DNA of 64,000 nt from an uncultured delta proteobacterium (GTDB lineage: Bacteria > Desulfobacterota > WTBG01 > CAIYCZ01 > CAIRTM01), in NCBI GenBank assembly GCA_963804955.1, contig CAWDSQ010000020.1, positions 64,001 through 128,000 on the forward strand, in the 5' to 3' direction. Shown here piece by piece: positions 32,311 through 44,037 of this stretch. A model generated the notes under the pieces. That model saw nothing but the letters and a program-made list of their open reading frames with translations. It was not told the origin of the DNA and did not search any database. Every line of letters begins with the position of its first letter. Within the stretch, counting starts at the first letter, position 1. The position numbers and the translations under genes are program-made.

Positions 32311-32481
32311 AAAAACCTGGAAGGGTTCTGGGGCTTTCAAAAAATCGAACAAATAGCATGCTAAAAATTACACTTGCCATTCTTTCTATTTGACATACAA
32401 TCATTTTACTTTTTAATATATCCCATCTGCCCTGCTTGATTCTTAAATTTTCAACCTTGAACTTTGAACAGGAGTTGCCCC

Positions 32482-32721
32482 ATGCAGCAGAAAGAAATTA
32501 CTCTCACCTTTGATCTTGATGTTGAAGAGGAGCAGCGCGTCTATACAGCGCTCATGAACCTGCCGGAATTCTACAAGCTTGATCTTTCAAAAGCCCTGAT
32601 CCGTTTTGTCAATAATCTGGTTTCCGGCATGGCAGAGTGCGAAGAGCGCAAAAACCAGTGCGAAGGAATTCTAAAGGCTGTGGTGGGCAGTGTGCCTAAA
32701 GGAAAAAAAATGTGGAATTAG
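32482..32721 (+). CDS. Small hypothetical protein
   Basis: AGGAG RBS, 79 codons. Confidence 0.55.
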   Translation: MQQKEITLTFDLDVEEEQRVYTALMNLPEFYKLDLSKALIRFVNNLVSGMAECEERKNQCEGILKAVVGSVPKGKKMWN

Positions 32722-32840
32722 TTGAATAGTTGAATTAGTTTGATTGGTTGAATTAGTTCAATTGGTTGGATTGGTTCAATGGGTGTTTTTTAATTCTGAA
32801 TTCTGACTTCTGGATTCTGAATCTAACTCTGAACTCTGAC
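32716..32840. repeat. Short tandem repeats (9-mer then 7-mer)
   Basis: (AATTAGTTG/ATTGGTTG)n followed by (TTCTGAA/TTCTGAC/CTCTGAA)n. Confidence 0.7.
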
Positions 32841-32883
32841 TAGTGAATGCCGAACCACTGTATTTCTATATAAGGAGTACCCC

Positions 32884-33561
32884 ATGAACATAGTTGCCGT
32901 AAACGGAAGCCCCATCCGGGGCGAAGGGCTGCACAGGCCGTCTGCTGTGCGGCCCTGATTGATGGCGCTCGTGAAGCAGGCGCAGCGGTTACGCTGTTTG
33001 AACTAGGCCAGCTCACTGTCAAACCCTGCACAAGCTGCCGCACCTGTCAGCGGGTCGGCACCTGCGTTATCGAGGATGATTACCCGAAGATACAGGCTGC
33101 CCTGATAGCGGCTGACGGCATAGTGCTTGCCAGCCCCAACTATATATCCAGTGTCAGCGCCCAGATGAAAGCGCTTTTGGACCGCTGCTTCAGCATGTTC
33201 CACACCCAGGCGCTGCACGGGAAATACGGCGCCGGCGTCGTGGCCTCAGGCGGCCCCATGTGCCAGATGACGGAAGAATATCTGATGCATGTCATTGGCA
33301 GCATCGGCTGCTGGAAAGTAGGCAGTGTGGTCAACCGGCGGAGGCGTGCTTGACGATCCCGCCCAGGCGCCGGACGTGCTCAAAGAGGCCCGCGATCTCG
33401 GCGCCAGGCTCGCAGATGCCATTGAAACCAGGAAGCGTTTCCCCGAGCAAACCGATGAGCGGGAGCAGTCTTTTGAAATTATGCGCTGGCTGGTTAGTGA
33501 GCATAAGGACATGTGGCCCTATGAATTTGAATACTGGCAGAAGCACTGGAGCACGAGCTGA
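32884..33561 (+). CDS. Flavodoxin family/iron-sulfur flavoprotein (frameshifted)
   Basis: MNIVAVNGSP, CTSCRTC...C, LASPNYISSVSAQMKALLDR. Confidence 0.8.
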
Positions 33562-33963
33562 TTAGGGGGGGCTCAGTTTTTTCTTTTTTTGCCCTTGAGA
33601 ATATTATGAGGGTTATCTCGTAGTGTCATATGGCGATATGCCCGTTCTCCCGTAGGGGCAGATTGCGTTACTCATTCTTGTTTGATGTGTTTTCCTCCCT
33701 CTCCGCCATGAATGGGGGAGAGGGCAGGGGTGAGGTGGCTGATTATTGCTGAATAGCATGGCACCAGTCGCTGCGCTTGAGTCACAGAGTGATATTGAAA
33801 AAATGCAGACGACATTTATTTTTCGCCATCTCCGGCGAAAAATAAAATCTCATGCACTCTGTGCTCTTTGCGCCTCTGCGGTGCATTTAGCTAATTTTTT
33901 TACTTCTGAACGCTTCTGACTACTGACTTCCTGAATTCTTTTTTTTCTCATGGAGTTCCACCT

Positions 33964-34620
33964 ATGCCTGTGCTCCATAAGTACAAAAACAGAAATGAAT
34001 ATTACATCCTCACCATGATCGGCAAAGCCGTGGCAACCTTCCATTTAAAACCGGAAGGCTACCGGAAACTGGCGGCTGCAGGCATTAAAAAGGGCGCAAC
34101 CTTCCCCCGGGCCCTGCTGCTTGATTTATACCGCGTGGGCGATGCCTATACGCATGAGCCCGTACCCGGCGATGCCGAGAGCAAACAGCCAAAACTCCAG
34201 CTCAAACTCGATTTCCCCGATGACCCCGAACCCGCAAGCCTGTTTCCGCACTGTTCAGCCTGCTCGTCGGTAGATGACCTGCATGTTGTTGAAATAAAGC
34301 AGCCTGAGCATATAGCCTCTATTCTCTGCGCTGCCTGCCGCGCAAAAAAGATAATCGATTCCAGCATCCCGCTGCCTTTTGTAACCTGTGATATATTGTC
34401 CCGGCTGCTCAAAATGAAAAAAATTCACAAAGTAGATATCTCTGTTCTTTCCTATCAAAAACTGCTCAACGCGGAGTTCGAAACCAAATGGGATCATGTT
34501 TTGAAAAACAAGCCGCAGCAGACAAAGCTGTTTGATACAGAGGATAAAAAGCAGAAAAAGCTCGCAGCCAGGACGAAAAGACTGATAGCGTGGGGGAAGC
34601 CAAAGGATTACCTCGAGTAA
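33964..34620 (+). CDS. Hypothetical protein with two CxxC pairs
   Basis: CSAC...CAAC; intact 218-aa ORF. Confidence 0.6.
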   Translation: MPVLHKYKNRNEYYILTMIGKAVATFHLKPEGYRKLAAAGIKKGATFPRALLLDLYRVGDAYTHEPVPGDAESKQPKLQLKLDFPDDPEPASLFPHCSACSSVDDLHVVEIKQPEHIASILCAACRAKKIIDSSIPLPFVTCDILSRLLKMKKIHKVDISVLSYQKLLNAEFETKWDHVLKNKPQQTKLFDTEDKKQKKLAARTKRLIAWGKPKDYLE

Positions 34621-34901
34621 CTTTAAAAGAAATTTAGCCACCCCCGACTAAAATTATCATTTCATAACATCCCACCATTCCTAAAAATCCTATCGATGTT
34701 CCACCCATAATCAATATTTTTTCAATAGTGACTTGTAAAATTTTGTCGGTTTATCGGGAAATAACTCTCAATTCCATCAGCTACATTGCGCGGAGCGGGG
34801 CACGTCTTTCGATTCGGTCACCCAACCCGGGTTTAAAAAAAGGTGACAGGCACAGGTTTTTGAAGCTAATAGAAGAAGCTTGCAAACAAACATCTTGTAT
34901 G

Positions 34902-34917
34902 GTACTTAAATAAGTAC
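34902..34917. promoter_or_regulatory. Candidate toxin-antitoxin operator
   Basis: Palindrome GTACTTA-AA-TAAGTAC upstream of the antitoxin gene. Confidence 0.55.
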
Positions 34918-34943
34918 TCAATAAGGTTTTAAAGTATGCGCAT

Positions 34944-35216
34944 ATGAATACCATACCGGCACAGGAAATAAAGCGAAGGGGCATTGCAGCCGTGGATGAC
35001 GCTATCGACAGGGGCGATGTGCATGTCATCAGAAACAACCAGCCGCAGTACGTGGTGATGAGCGAAGAACGCTACCAGTCGCTGATTGCGGCTGAAGAGG
35101 AGGCTCATTACGGACGCGTGAAGGCGGCGCTTGGGGAGGTAAAAGCCGGGAAGGTTAAAAAATTCAAAACCGCCGGAGAGCTGCTGAAAGCCATTGAAGC
35201 AGGGGCAGCAGATTAG
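34944..35216 (+). CDS. Type II antitoxin, Phd/YefM family
   Basis: VHVIRNNQPQYVVMSEERYQ; coupled to the toxin gene. Confidence 0.85.
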   Translation: MNTIPAQEIKRRGIAAVDDAIDRGDVHVIRNNQPQYVVMSEERYQSLIAAEEEAHYGRVKAALGEVKAGKVKKFKTAGELLKAIEAGAAD

Positions 35217-35491
35217 TGTACTGCATTGTTACTCCGGAACGGTTTTTGCGGCAGGCGCGGGTGTTTTTCAAGCGCCATCCGGATCTTACAGAACGCTTCA
35301 AGAAAGTTATTTTCGACCTGCAGAAAGACCCCTTTGCGCCGCACCTGAAGCTGCATCCCCTGAAGGGCCGGCTCGAAGGCTGCTATGCATGCAGCCTTAC
35401 CTACAGCTACCGTATTACTCTCACCGTTGCGCTGGTTGAAAAGCAGCTCATTTTGCTCGACATCGGCAGCCATGACGAAGTGTATCGTTAA
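35216..35491 (+). CDS. Type II toxin, RelE/YafQ-like mRNA interferase
   Basis: LKLHPLKGRLEG, YRI, LLDIGSHDEVY. Confidence 0.85.
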   Translation: MYCIVTPERFLRQARVFFKRHPDLTERFKKVIFDLQKDPFAPHLKLHPLKGRLEGCYACSLTYSYRITLTVALVEKQLILLDIGSHDEVYR

Positions 35492-35756
35492 GTGCCAACC
35501 AGGGTACGTTATTGACAAAGCGCACAAACTAAAACTCATTTACACTCTGCACCCAAAAAAAAGATTCCGGGCAAGCCGGAATGAGAAAGTTATTAATATA
35601 TTTTTTTCACAAGCAGATTGAGGCATGCCCCTCTAAACCGGCAGTGAATAATCCGCATATTTTATCTTGCATTTGCCCCGCATGGAATATATTAAATTTT
35701 CAGGAGCTAGCTGTATTCCCGTCTGATTACCTAAACCCTAAATGGAGGAACGAGCA

Positions 35757-35945
35757 ATGGCGGATCAGAAATGCACGGGCGATCACAAAAAGCATATCTG
35801 CGAGTTAGCGGCGGAGAAAAAATTCGAGGCCATTAAGCAGATGATCCTGAACCCGAAGTACATTTGCGCCAACTGCGGCCGGGCGGCAGATTCCGACGAG
35901 AACCTGTGCAACCCGGTGCATATCAATCAGCTCGGGTTTATGTAG
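35757..35945 (+). CDS. Small Cys/His-rich protein
   Basis: GGAGG RBS; HICEL...YICANCGR...LCNP. Confidence 0.7.
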   Translation: MADQKCTGDHKKHICELAAEKKFEAIKQMILNPKYICANCGRAADSDENLCNPVHINQLGFM

Positions 35946-36124
35946 CATGCCTCCCGCAGAAGAGGGATGTTCCGGCTCGACAGCCGGTGCAGGGCATAAA
36001 GCGGTATTAAAGGTAACAGCGACTTTTTATTAGTTGCTGGCAGCTAAGGGTTATCCATGAGTAAATCAATACCCCTCTGAGGTGCGCAGGTAATACTGCC
36101 GGGAGGGCAGGGCAGCATGGTGCG

Positions 36125-36157
36125 GCCGGTGGTGTGGTAGCCACCGGCTTTTTTTTG
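36125..36157 (+). terminator. Intrinsic terminator
   Basis: GCCGGTGG...CCACCGGC followed by T8. Confidence 0.7.
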
Positions 36158-36211
36158 CGAAAGCATGCCCGTCAGTGGAACTTTTGTGACCTATCGTAAA
36201 CGTATTCAGAT

Positions 36212-37239
36212 TTAGACGCAATATTTGATGAGTATGTTCAGTAATTGCTCAAGCTCATCATCGCTGATCTCCTGTAGTTTTTTTGTTAAAATTTGCCCCG
36301 AGGAAACATCTTCAGTATCAAAACTATACTCCAGTAACTGTACAGCCTTTAATTGCTCGACCAAAAGGTCTCTTTCGCTGGATGCACCGGGGTAATGTTT
36401 TTTATTAAAAAAACAATACAGAGATCCGTCTGCAAAAAAGGAAAATATACGATACCCGTTTTTTCCCTGAACCCCGAAAGTAGGGTTAAAAGCGGCTGCC
36501 TGCATGAAAACCCCTTTTGCAGCAGCCCAATCAAGAACTTTTTGCAATTGCAGGCCTAAGTTCTCATTTTCATAATCTGCATAAGCTGTTTTCAGCTTCT
36601 CCTGTGTCCATTTTGTTTTGACAGGATTTTTTTTATCAAGCGTTAATTGTGTTTGTCCTGATAAGCCTGCTGCTAGCGGTAAATCTTGAGAATTTTCCCG
36701 TAACTTTTCAGCTCCAAGGCAAGTATTTCTGCGTTTCGCAGTTCTTTGTTAAGATATTCGATCATTTTGCTGACTTCAGGTCTCAGTTCATCAGTTGCAA
36801 TAATAAGACGTATGGCGCCATTGCGCAGGTTTTCTTCAACCGTCGTCCAAAAAGCAGCATTGTCAAAATCTTCTGCGCCGAATTCCTCTATAATAACATC
36901 GTCCAGGTTTTTACCCCTGTTGTTCCAAAACTCAATTGCTCTTTGTTTTGCTTTTCCATCACCACAACATTCAAAAGCATTGGCCGCATATTCTATAATC
37001 CGACCGATTGCTTCATGACCTGATTCGGGATTTTGCAACAATTTCGCTTCAACAAAAGTTGCTATCCCGTTCTGATCCACAAAAAGATGATCTGATGAAC
37101 CGCCTGCAACGGGTATTTCTCTGCTGAGAAGGACGAATCGGGGTGGGGCATTGTTTCCGGAATAGATTTGCTTGCCGGGAATTTTCAGTGGATACTTAAC
37201 CAGGATAGTTTCTAAAGCATCTACAAGTTTTTTGCCCAT
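36212..37239 (-). CDS. PD-(D/E)XK nuclease-like protein (NucS-like; frameshifted)
   Basis: SREIPVAGGSSDHLFVDQNGIATFVEAKL...IIEYA. Confidence 0.6.
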
Positions 37240-37527
37240 AATCCATCCCTCATTTATTGAAATAGCATTAAGGAAACCTGGTCAACGCTTACATATAGGC
37301 CAGCACTATCCAGTGGCTGTTCTTTTGAAGTATTGGATATTCAGGGCGGGTCATCGGCAGCTTTTATTAAAATTTTTCAGTCGTCGGTGCTGGATATTCA
37401 CAGCCCTATGCATAACAAATTATCATACCTATATCCAGATATTTGCGGTTATTGACATTGCTGTTGTTTTTGATACAAATCTTACCCGGCATATGTACTG
37501 AATTAATTTTCTGATGGAGCAAGGACA

Positions 37528-38004
37528 ATGAAGCTGATAACATCCCGAATGATAGACGGTTTAATCGATACAGCAGAGAAATCGCCGAGGCTGCGGACTA
37601 ATTACAATATTCACGAATCCTTATCCGACCCCGTGCAGCGATTGTTTATCGCAGCCGCACCCTCGACCTATTTCCGGCCTCACCGGCATCTGGGGAAATG
37701 CGAGTTTGCCATCGTCATTCGAGGCCTTTTTGACATACTTTTTTTTGATGACGCAGGCGTCGTCACCGGGCGGGTTTCCATTGGCGCGAATACGGACATA
37801 TTTGCCCTGGAAATTCCATCCAACGTTTGCCATACCTGGATATCCATGGCGGAACAGTCTGTTTTTTTCGAGGTGAAGCAGGGGCCTTATGATCCCGAAA
37901 CCTCCCTCGTTTTTGCGCCATGGGCACCGGAAGAAGGCTCTGCACAGGTTAAGGAATTTCAGGCAAAGCTCCTCGCCGCCTGTATTGGCGAACGGTTTGC
38001 GTGA
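37528..38004 (+). CDS. WbuC family cupin-fold metalloprotein
   Basis: SPRLRTNYNIH, DPVQRLF, RPHRH, FFEVKQGPY. Confidence 0.85.
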   Translation: MKLITSRMIDGLIDTAEKSPRLRTNYNIHESLSDPVQRLFIAAAPSTYFRPHRHLGKCEFAIVIRGLFDILFFDDAGVVTGRVSIGANTDIFALEIPSNVCHTWISMAEQSVFFEVKQGPYDPETSLVFAPWAPEEGSAQVKEFQAKLLAACIGERFA

Positions 38005-38026
38005 AGAACCAGCAATTATTGCGCGC

Positions 38027-38103
38027 ATGCCGCCATTCCGTCGAAAGACGGAATCCAGAAAAAAAGCCGGCTGGATGCCGGATTAAGTCCGGCATGACGA
38101 AAC
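38027..38103. repeat. CGTC-type REP-like doublet
   Basis: CATTCCGTCGAAAGACGGAATCCAG...CTGGATGCCGGATTAAGTCCGGCATGACG. Confidence 0.75.
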
Positions 38104-38349
38104 AACTTAAATGTACCATTATGTGCGATATGCCGTCTTTTTTTAGCAGTTCAGCAGACAACAGATAACCCAGTAGAGTAATCACTAAACGCAGCCCCGG
38201 GCTCCTTAGCGCACTTAAATTTCATGTTTAAAATAGGCGCAACACCTGCCCGTAACCCCCTTTTCGCTTGTTGCATTTCACCACTGCTCAGCTATATTTT
38301 ATAGTGAGAGGGGCACTATACTTAACCTTTTTTATACAGGAGGTGTGGT

Positions 38350-39162
38350 ATGGCTATTATAACAATTTCCAGACAATTTGGCAGTCAGGGTACCTGGATC
38401 GCCCAAAAACTGGCGGAAGTGCTCTCCTACAGCCTTCTTGATAAGGAGGTACTGCTGCCCATGATGACTGAGCAGGGCATAACTGACATTGAAAAGTACG
38501 ATGAAAAGAAGCCGAAATTCTGGGATTCCATCGTCATGGACAGGTTTATGTATATTCATGCTCTGCAGACGGTTGTTTACAAATTTGCACGGCAAGACAA
38601 TTGCATCATTGTTGGCAGGGGCGGGCAGTTTCTGCTGGGGCGGGTTGCCGGAATTTTGAAAGTCAGTGTGGTTGCGCCGCTTGAGCTTCGCATACAGCGG
38701 TTGCAGGCCAGGCTCAACTGCAGCCGGGGTGAAGCGGAAATGCAGGTGCGCCACAATGACGAAAATCGTCAGGGATTCCATCATTTTTTCTTCGATATCG
38801 ACTGCGATGCGCCGGAGCTGTATGACCTGGTTATTAACACTGCCAGTCTTTCGGTTGACAAGGCTGTTGAGCTCATTGAGGACGCGCTTTTCTCGGAAGA
38901 ATTGCCGCATACCGTGAAGCTACACTGCACAAGCTTGACGATTTCTGCCTTGGCCAGGAGGTGATGAAAAACATTACGTTGTAAAAAAAGAATATCCTCA
39001 CCCTACCTTGATGCCTCGGTTGAAGACGGCGTGGTGACACTGAATGGCGGCGTAATAAGTTGGAACGATGTTGATGTATGCGAACATGCGGCCGGTGAAA
39101 TACCGGGCGTAAAAAAAGTGATAAATAAAATTAATTTTATCAACCCCTGGGGTATTGCCTGA
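38350..39162 (+). CDS. Cytidylate kinase-like family protein with C-terminal BON domain (frameshifted)
   Basis: IITISRQFGSQG, IIVGRGG, YDLVINT; tail VEDGVVTLNG...IPGVKKVINKI. Confidence 0.8.
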
Positions 39163-39318
39163 AACAAACAGTACAGATGCTTGGCGGGCCGATGCTTTTC
39201 TGATTGTACAGCCATCGGCCCGTTTTTTTCAGTTGTCCTTGAGTTGAAAAAAAGATAAATTTCCCACTAGTGGTATTCATTATCCGGACTGTCGAAATAA
39301 GGGCTTACGCTGGAAAAC

Positions 39319-41444
39319 ATGCTTTGCATTATACGTTTTATTATGAGTCGATCTGATCTTATTACAGTTTCCATATTTTTATATATGGCCATTATGCTTT
39401 CAGGCACTGTTGTCAAACCGGCGCAGGCGGGAACTCCGCAGCAAGACCCTGCCGGTGCTTTCAATTTTCCGCTCATGCGGGACAATGGCGGGCATATGCG
39501 CAAGCTTGTTGAGAACTGCTTCTCTATGTGCGGCCGCAGACCGGCATAATCGATCCGGCCTCGGGATACCCCTATGAGGGCTGGAACCAGGAGCCTGAAA
39601 AAGGGTTGTACCTTCGATCCTTCACCCAGCTGACTGCCATCGGGTCATGGATTGAGCTGCTTGCAAATATCGCGGCAGGATATGCCGATAACCCGTATCT
39701 TTCACGGCAGGATGCTCTCGCAAGCCTTGAGAATGCTGTAAAGAGCCTGCGCGAAGATCAGCGCAATCCGCGGGTTGCGGCAAAGGGGCTTCTGGTAAAT
39801 TTTCTTGATCTTGAAGGGGGCACAAGGAAAGGGCCTCTGGAGGAAACGGTTGACCGGCAGAAGTTTATTGACGCCTTCGGAGACAAGACAGGCGGCACGA
39901 TCTGGCAGGCCCTGCAGGAAAAGGGCTGGATTGCGTTCTGAACGGGGCGGCCTTGTCGGCCGCGTTATAAGAACCGGGCAGTACGGCTCTGCGCATTTTA
40001 CCGGACACCTTGCGCCTTTTGCCGATGAGAAGACAAAAGCGGCTATCATGCGCATTCTTGATGCCCGGGCTGTGACTGTTGTGTTCGGCGACAATGTGAA
40101 CCTGACAGCCGCGCTGGCAAAATCCATTGGCGCATTGTTAAGTCCCGGCATCAAAGACAACCCGCAGGCTGTCAGGCTCAGGGCTGAGATGGAACTTTTC
40201 ATAGAAGCGCAGGCCGGTGGGTACCGCAGCCTGTATGATGAGAAATCAGGCACACTTACCTTCGGTTGGGACGCAGGCAAAAACCGGTATCTGGGCTGGG
40301 ATGACGGAACCGGCAACTGGGTCACCGGACGCATGAACTATCTGATAAACGAATTTCGCGGGCCGTGGATTTTTTCCGTCCTGCGGTACGGCCTGCCTCT
40401 GGAATCGATACTGAATGCAGGCTTCAAAATAAAACCATACCACGACGCAAAAGGTACTGTCATCTACGGCCTCTGCGCCTGGGACGGTTCGGCCTTTCAG
40501 CTGCTTGGGTTTTAATCTCTTTATGGGAGAGATGCGAGAGCCCCGGCTGGAGGGCCTGCCTGGAGCGGCTTGTCGACATCGAGCTTGACTACTCGCGCCG
40601 CAACGGGCTTCCGGGATTTTTATCCGAGGCCTATTCAGGCAATGGTGTTGAATATACCGGGTACATAGGAATCCCTGAAGTTGCTGTAACAAACAGGGAG
40701 CTTATTACCTATGCCCCGTCACTCTACACGCTGGGCGTCGGCTACGCACTGGCGCCGGAGAAGCTGGAAGCATTTCTTTCGACAAACTGGTCTGTTATTT
40801 CAACGCTGCTCACCGACCACGGCCCGTGGGAGGGCTACAATACCAGGAACAAAGCGCCTGTGCGCTGCCAGACCACAACGCATACGCTGTCGCTCATACT
40901 TGCCGCGCTGGGAACAGCCGATGCAAACATGCGCCGGTATCTTGATATGAAAGGCCTGACTGCTGCGCTGAGCAGGCTGTATAAGACAGGCCCGGATAGT
41001 CGATATCCTGAACATGAGCACGCAGCCTGTTGCCTGGACCGCTGACGGAAGCCCCGTGGCATTCAGGAAAGACGGCGCCGGCGGCATTTTTGAAGCCGAT
41101 TTCAAGGATGCCGGGGGGATGGTCTTTTCCGCGATGCAGGAGCAGGGCATAAATATTTCAGGCGGCATGCTGCGCCTGCGCTACCGTTCTGCCACTGCTG
41201 TCAAAAATAGCCCGCATCACCTGTAAGCGGCAGCACCCGGCGACAAAGGCCCTTGAAATCGATACCGGTAGAGTTATTTGTTGAAATAAAAAAGACAGGT
41301 GAGAAGGAAGAATCAATTGAAATCTGCCTGCCTGCCACGCCCTCCCTGCAGAAGGTGCATGAAATAGCTCTTGAGTTTGGTGAGCAGGGGCAGAGAACAA
41401 AGGTGAGTATGACACTGACTGCCTTTGCGTTCAAACCGCTTTAA
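39319..41444 (+). CDS. Secreted glycoside hydrolase-like protein (putative glucoamylase/GH144-related); multiple frameshifts
   Basis: SFTQLTAIG, WDGSAFQLLG, PGFLSEAYS, HGPWEGYN across five ORFs. Confidence 0.55.
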
Positions 41445-41475
41445 TCTGTAACACGCTTTTGGTCGTGAGCCGGGT

Positions 41476-43306
41476 TCAGTTCCTTAAAGATGTTATGTCC
41501 TTCAGCCTGTCTTCAAGAAGCAGTGATACAGCTTTTTTGAGCGCATTGTATGCATCGGGATTTTCGCTTTTCTGGTCGAATATGGTTTCTCCGATCACGA
41601 GCATTGTCGAGCCTATTTGAACGGTGCTTCTGTTGTCGAGCGTCCCTGACATAGATCTGCTCCTGCGTGCCGGTATCAAGGTCAAGAAGCTCGACAGCGT
41701 TTTTGCGCAGCTCCAGCCAGCAGTCTCTGCTAGCCCAGTTCCACTCCATGGGGGAAATGATTATGTAATCATACCCCTCGTCTATCCAGTCTCTGACCTG
41801 CTCGCCCACGCCCGGCAGCCCGTCTTCGGCTGTGTTGGCATATTCAGAATACCTGATCAGGCAGGGCGGAGATGAGGCATGAATCTGCCGCTTCCGCAGA
41901 GCAAAATAGGCGTTTATCCGAGAATTGCGAATGGGGTTGTTGACGATATTGGAAACATCGTAGAGCCTGTTGGTTGTGCTGCTGCCATGTGCGGCCAGGA
42001 TAATGCCGATTTTTTTGCCGGCGGGTATGGCCAGGGAGTCTACCAGCTGCCGGACGCTGAGGAACAGCGAGCGGTAGAAATCCCTGTAGTCCATCAACTG
42101 GAACCTGTTCGTGGAAATGGCGCCGAGCCGGACTGCGGTGCCGAGTTTTTTGTTTGCTTTATCAAGGGCCTGCTGAAAGTGTGGCCAGGAGCCTGAAGAC
42201 ATTTCAAACTCATTGGCTTTATTGTAGAAGTCATAGACGAAAACGGATGTCGCCCCGTTTTTTATATGATTTTCAAGCTTTTCCTCGAGAATGTCTTCAG
42301 GTTCTTCATAGGCTACAGGCCTTTCAAATTCGAACATGCTGAACCAGTCGCCGATGAGATTGTACCGGTCTGCAAAACCTTCAACAGTTTCACTGAAGAA
42401 ATTGATGGCGTCGGGCTGTGAGTCAACCGGTCCAAGGCTTTTATAGATCATGATGTTATCAAGGGCCGTGAATTCCCATATATCGGGAATGCCGTTTGGA
42501 GCAGGTTTTTCAAAAAACGGGGTTGTAGAGCAGAGGGTCCCCGGATTCCAGCTCACCGGGCCGCCAACAGGCTGTGCCGTCAGGTCAACGGGATTTTGCG
42601 GGATATCCTCGCTACGGGTCGACGGGTTGAGCGGGTCGAGCACAACTGTTGTCTGGTCTTCAAAGCAAAAACCGGGAATGAAGCCGAGGCTGCGCAGATG
42701 CGTCATAAGGCTTGCGCCGAACGTGAGATGGGCCGTCAGCTGCTCCTCCAGGCTGTTCTCGTCCAGCTCTCCAGTATCGGGCTCAAGAGGTGCTCCCATC
42801 ACGATCAGGGGCTTTGAAAGGTCGATTTCCCGATTGCGTATCATGAATCCCTTGAACGTGGGGATTATGCCTTTGGCATTGTAGGGCGCGGCTTTTATGT
42901 CGATCGGATTGCCTTCAGCATCAAGCGGCACGGCATTGTAGAAGACAAAGCCGTCCCGGATGGATGTTGTATCGAACCGGGCTTTATAATCGGGCGGATA
43001 GCCTGTAAAACTGAAAGCCGCGGACTCATTGTCCGTCCAGATCCGGTACTGCATGGCAGCCGGAACAGGCGCACCATCTCCCCGGACTGAAGCTTTCAGC
43101 TGTATGACCCCTGATACCTCGTCGCAGCCCATGGGATTTTCATAGTAAATTCGTATTTCACCTTTATCGGGATCAACAGGGCGGGTGCATGAAAGTGATA
43201 CAAAAAGAAAAAAACACGAAAACACATGCTGTGATGCGGTGGAAATTATGCATGACATTCTCTCCTGCTGTATGATGGTCATAAAAAACGCTTTTTTTAT
43301 TACCAC
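41476..43306 (-). CDS. Exported hypothetical protein with possible chelatase-like (ferrochelatase/CbiX) C-terminal domain
   Basis: Lipobox-like SLSC; GIILAAHGS, PGVGEQVRDWIDEGYDYIIISP; tail frameshifted. Confidence 0.5.
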
Positions 43307-43525
43307 TGGAAATTAAGTTGCAAGACCCATGACATTTCAAGGACTGCCTTGCGGGGCAGAATGACAGCCGGGACTCGACGAGAGTAAAGGGCAGGGTCTA
43401 TTTATAAGTAAATAAGTAATTCTAATCAGACTGTTGTTATCATCCCGGCGCACGTCATTACCATAGAAGATATACTGAGCTTAACATCAAAACACGAACA
43501 ATGAAGTTTCTCAACATGCCGCATA

Positions 43526-44037
43526 TCAGCTCTGATGCATGAGTGCAAGCAGCAGCCGTGAAACATCATCCTTATGGCTCACCAGCACCAGCCTGGCAGC
43601 TGTGTTCCGGACCAAACAGCAGGCTGCCCAGATGGAAGCTGTCAGCCTCAACCACGCATCCCAGAACGCGGGGAGCATGCTTTTCCAGAAGCCGGTCAAC
43701 AGTGCGGTAAAAATTAGTGGAGCCGTCGTCGGACAGAAGCACCACCCTCGAGATGCGCTGGCCCTGGGCCGTATGCTGATTGAGCAGGTCAATGCCATGG
43801 CCCTCCATGGTCAAGTATTGCGGCTGCTGTCTCAAGGCCCCGGACGATGCGGCCGCTGCGGCGTGCGGCAAGCAGGGCATTTTTAAGAGGTGCGGAAAAA
43901 TCAAGGACCGGCACATCGAGTGTGCCGCCCTCCCTGAGCTTTCTGGTGCGCGACTGCAGCACAGACAGGATAGTAGTGCCGGGGTGCTGCGCTTCGATTT
44001 GCCGGGGAAGCTTATACATACATGAATGTTCCGCCAT
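43526..44037 (-). CDS. Hypothetical protein, possible L7Ae/YlxQ-like fold (frameshifted)
   Basis: ALLAARRSGRIVRGLE...RVVLLSDDGS...LGSLLFG. Confidence 0.5.

Noticed and set aside
32716..32840. CRISPR array
   Set aside because: Units are 7-9 nt and degenerate, with no unique spacers
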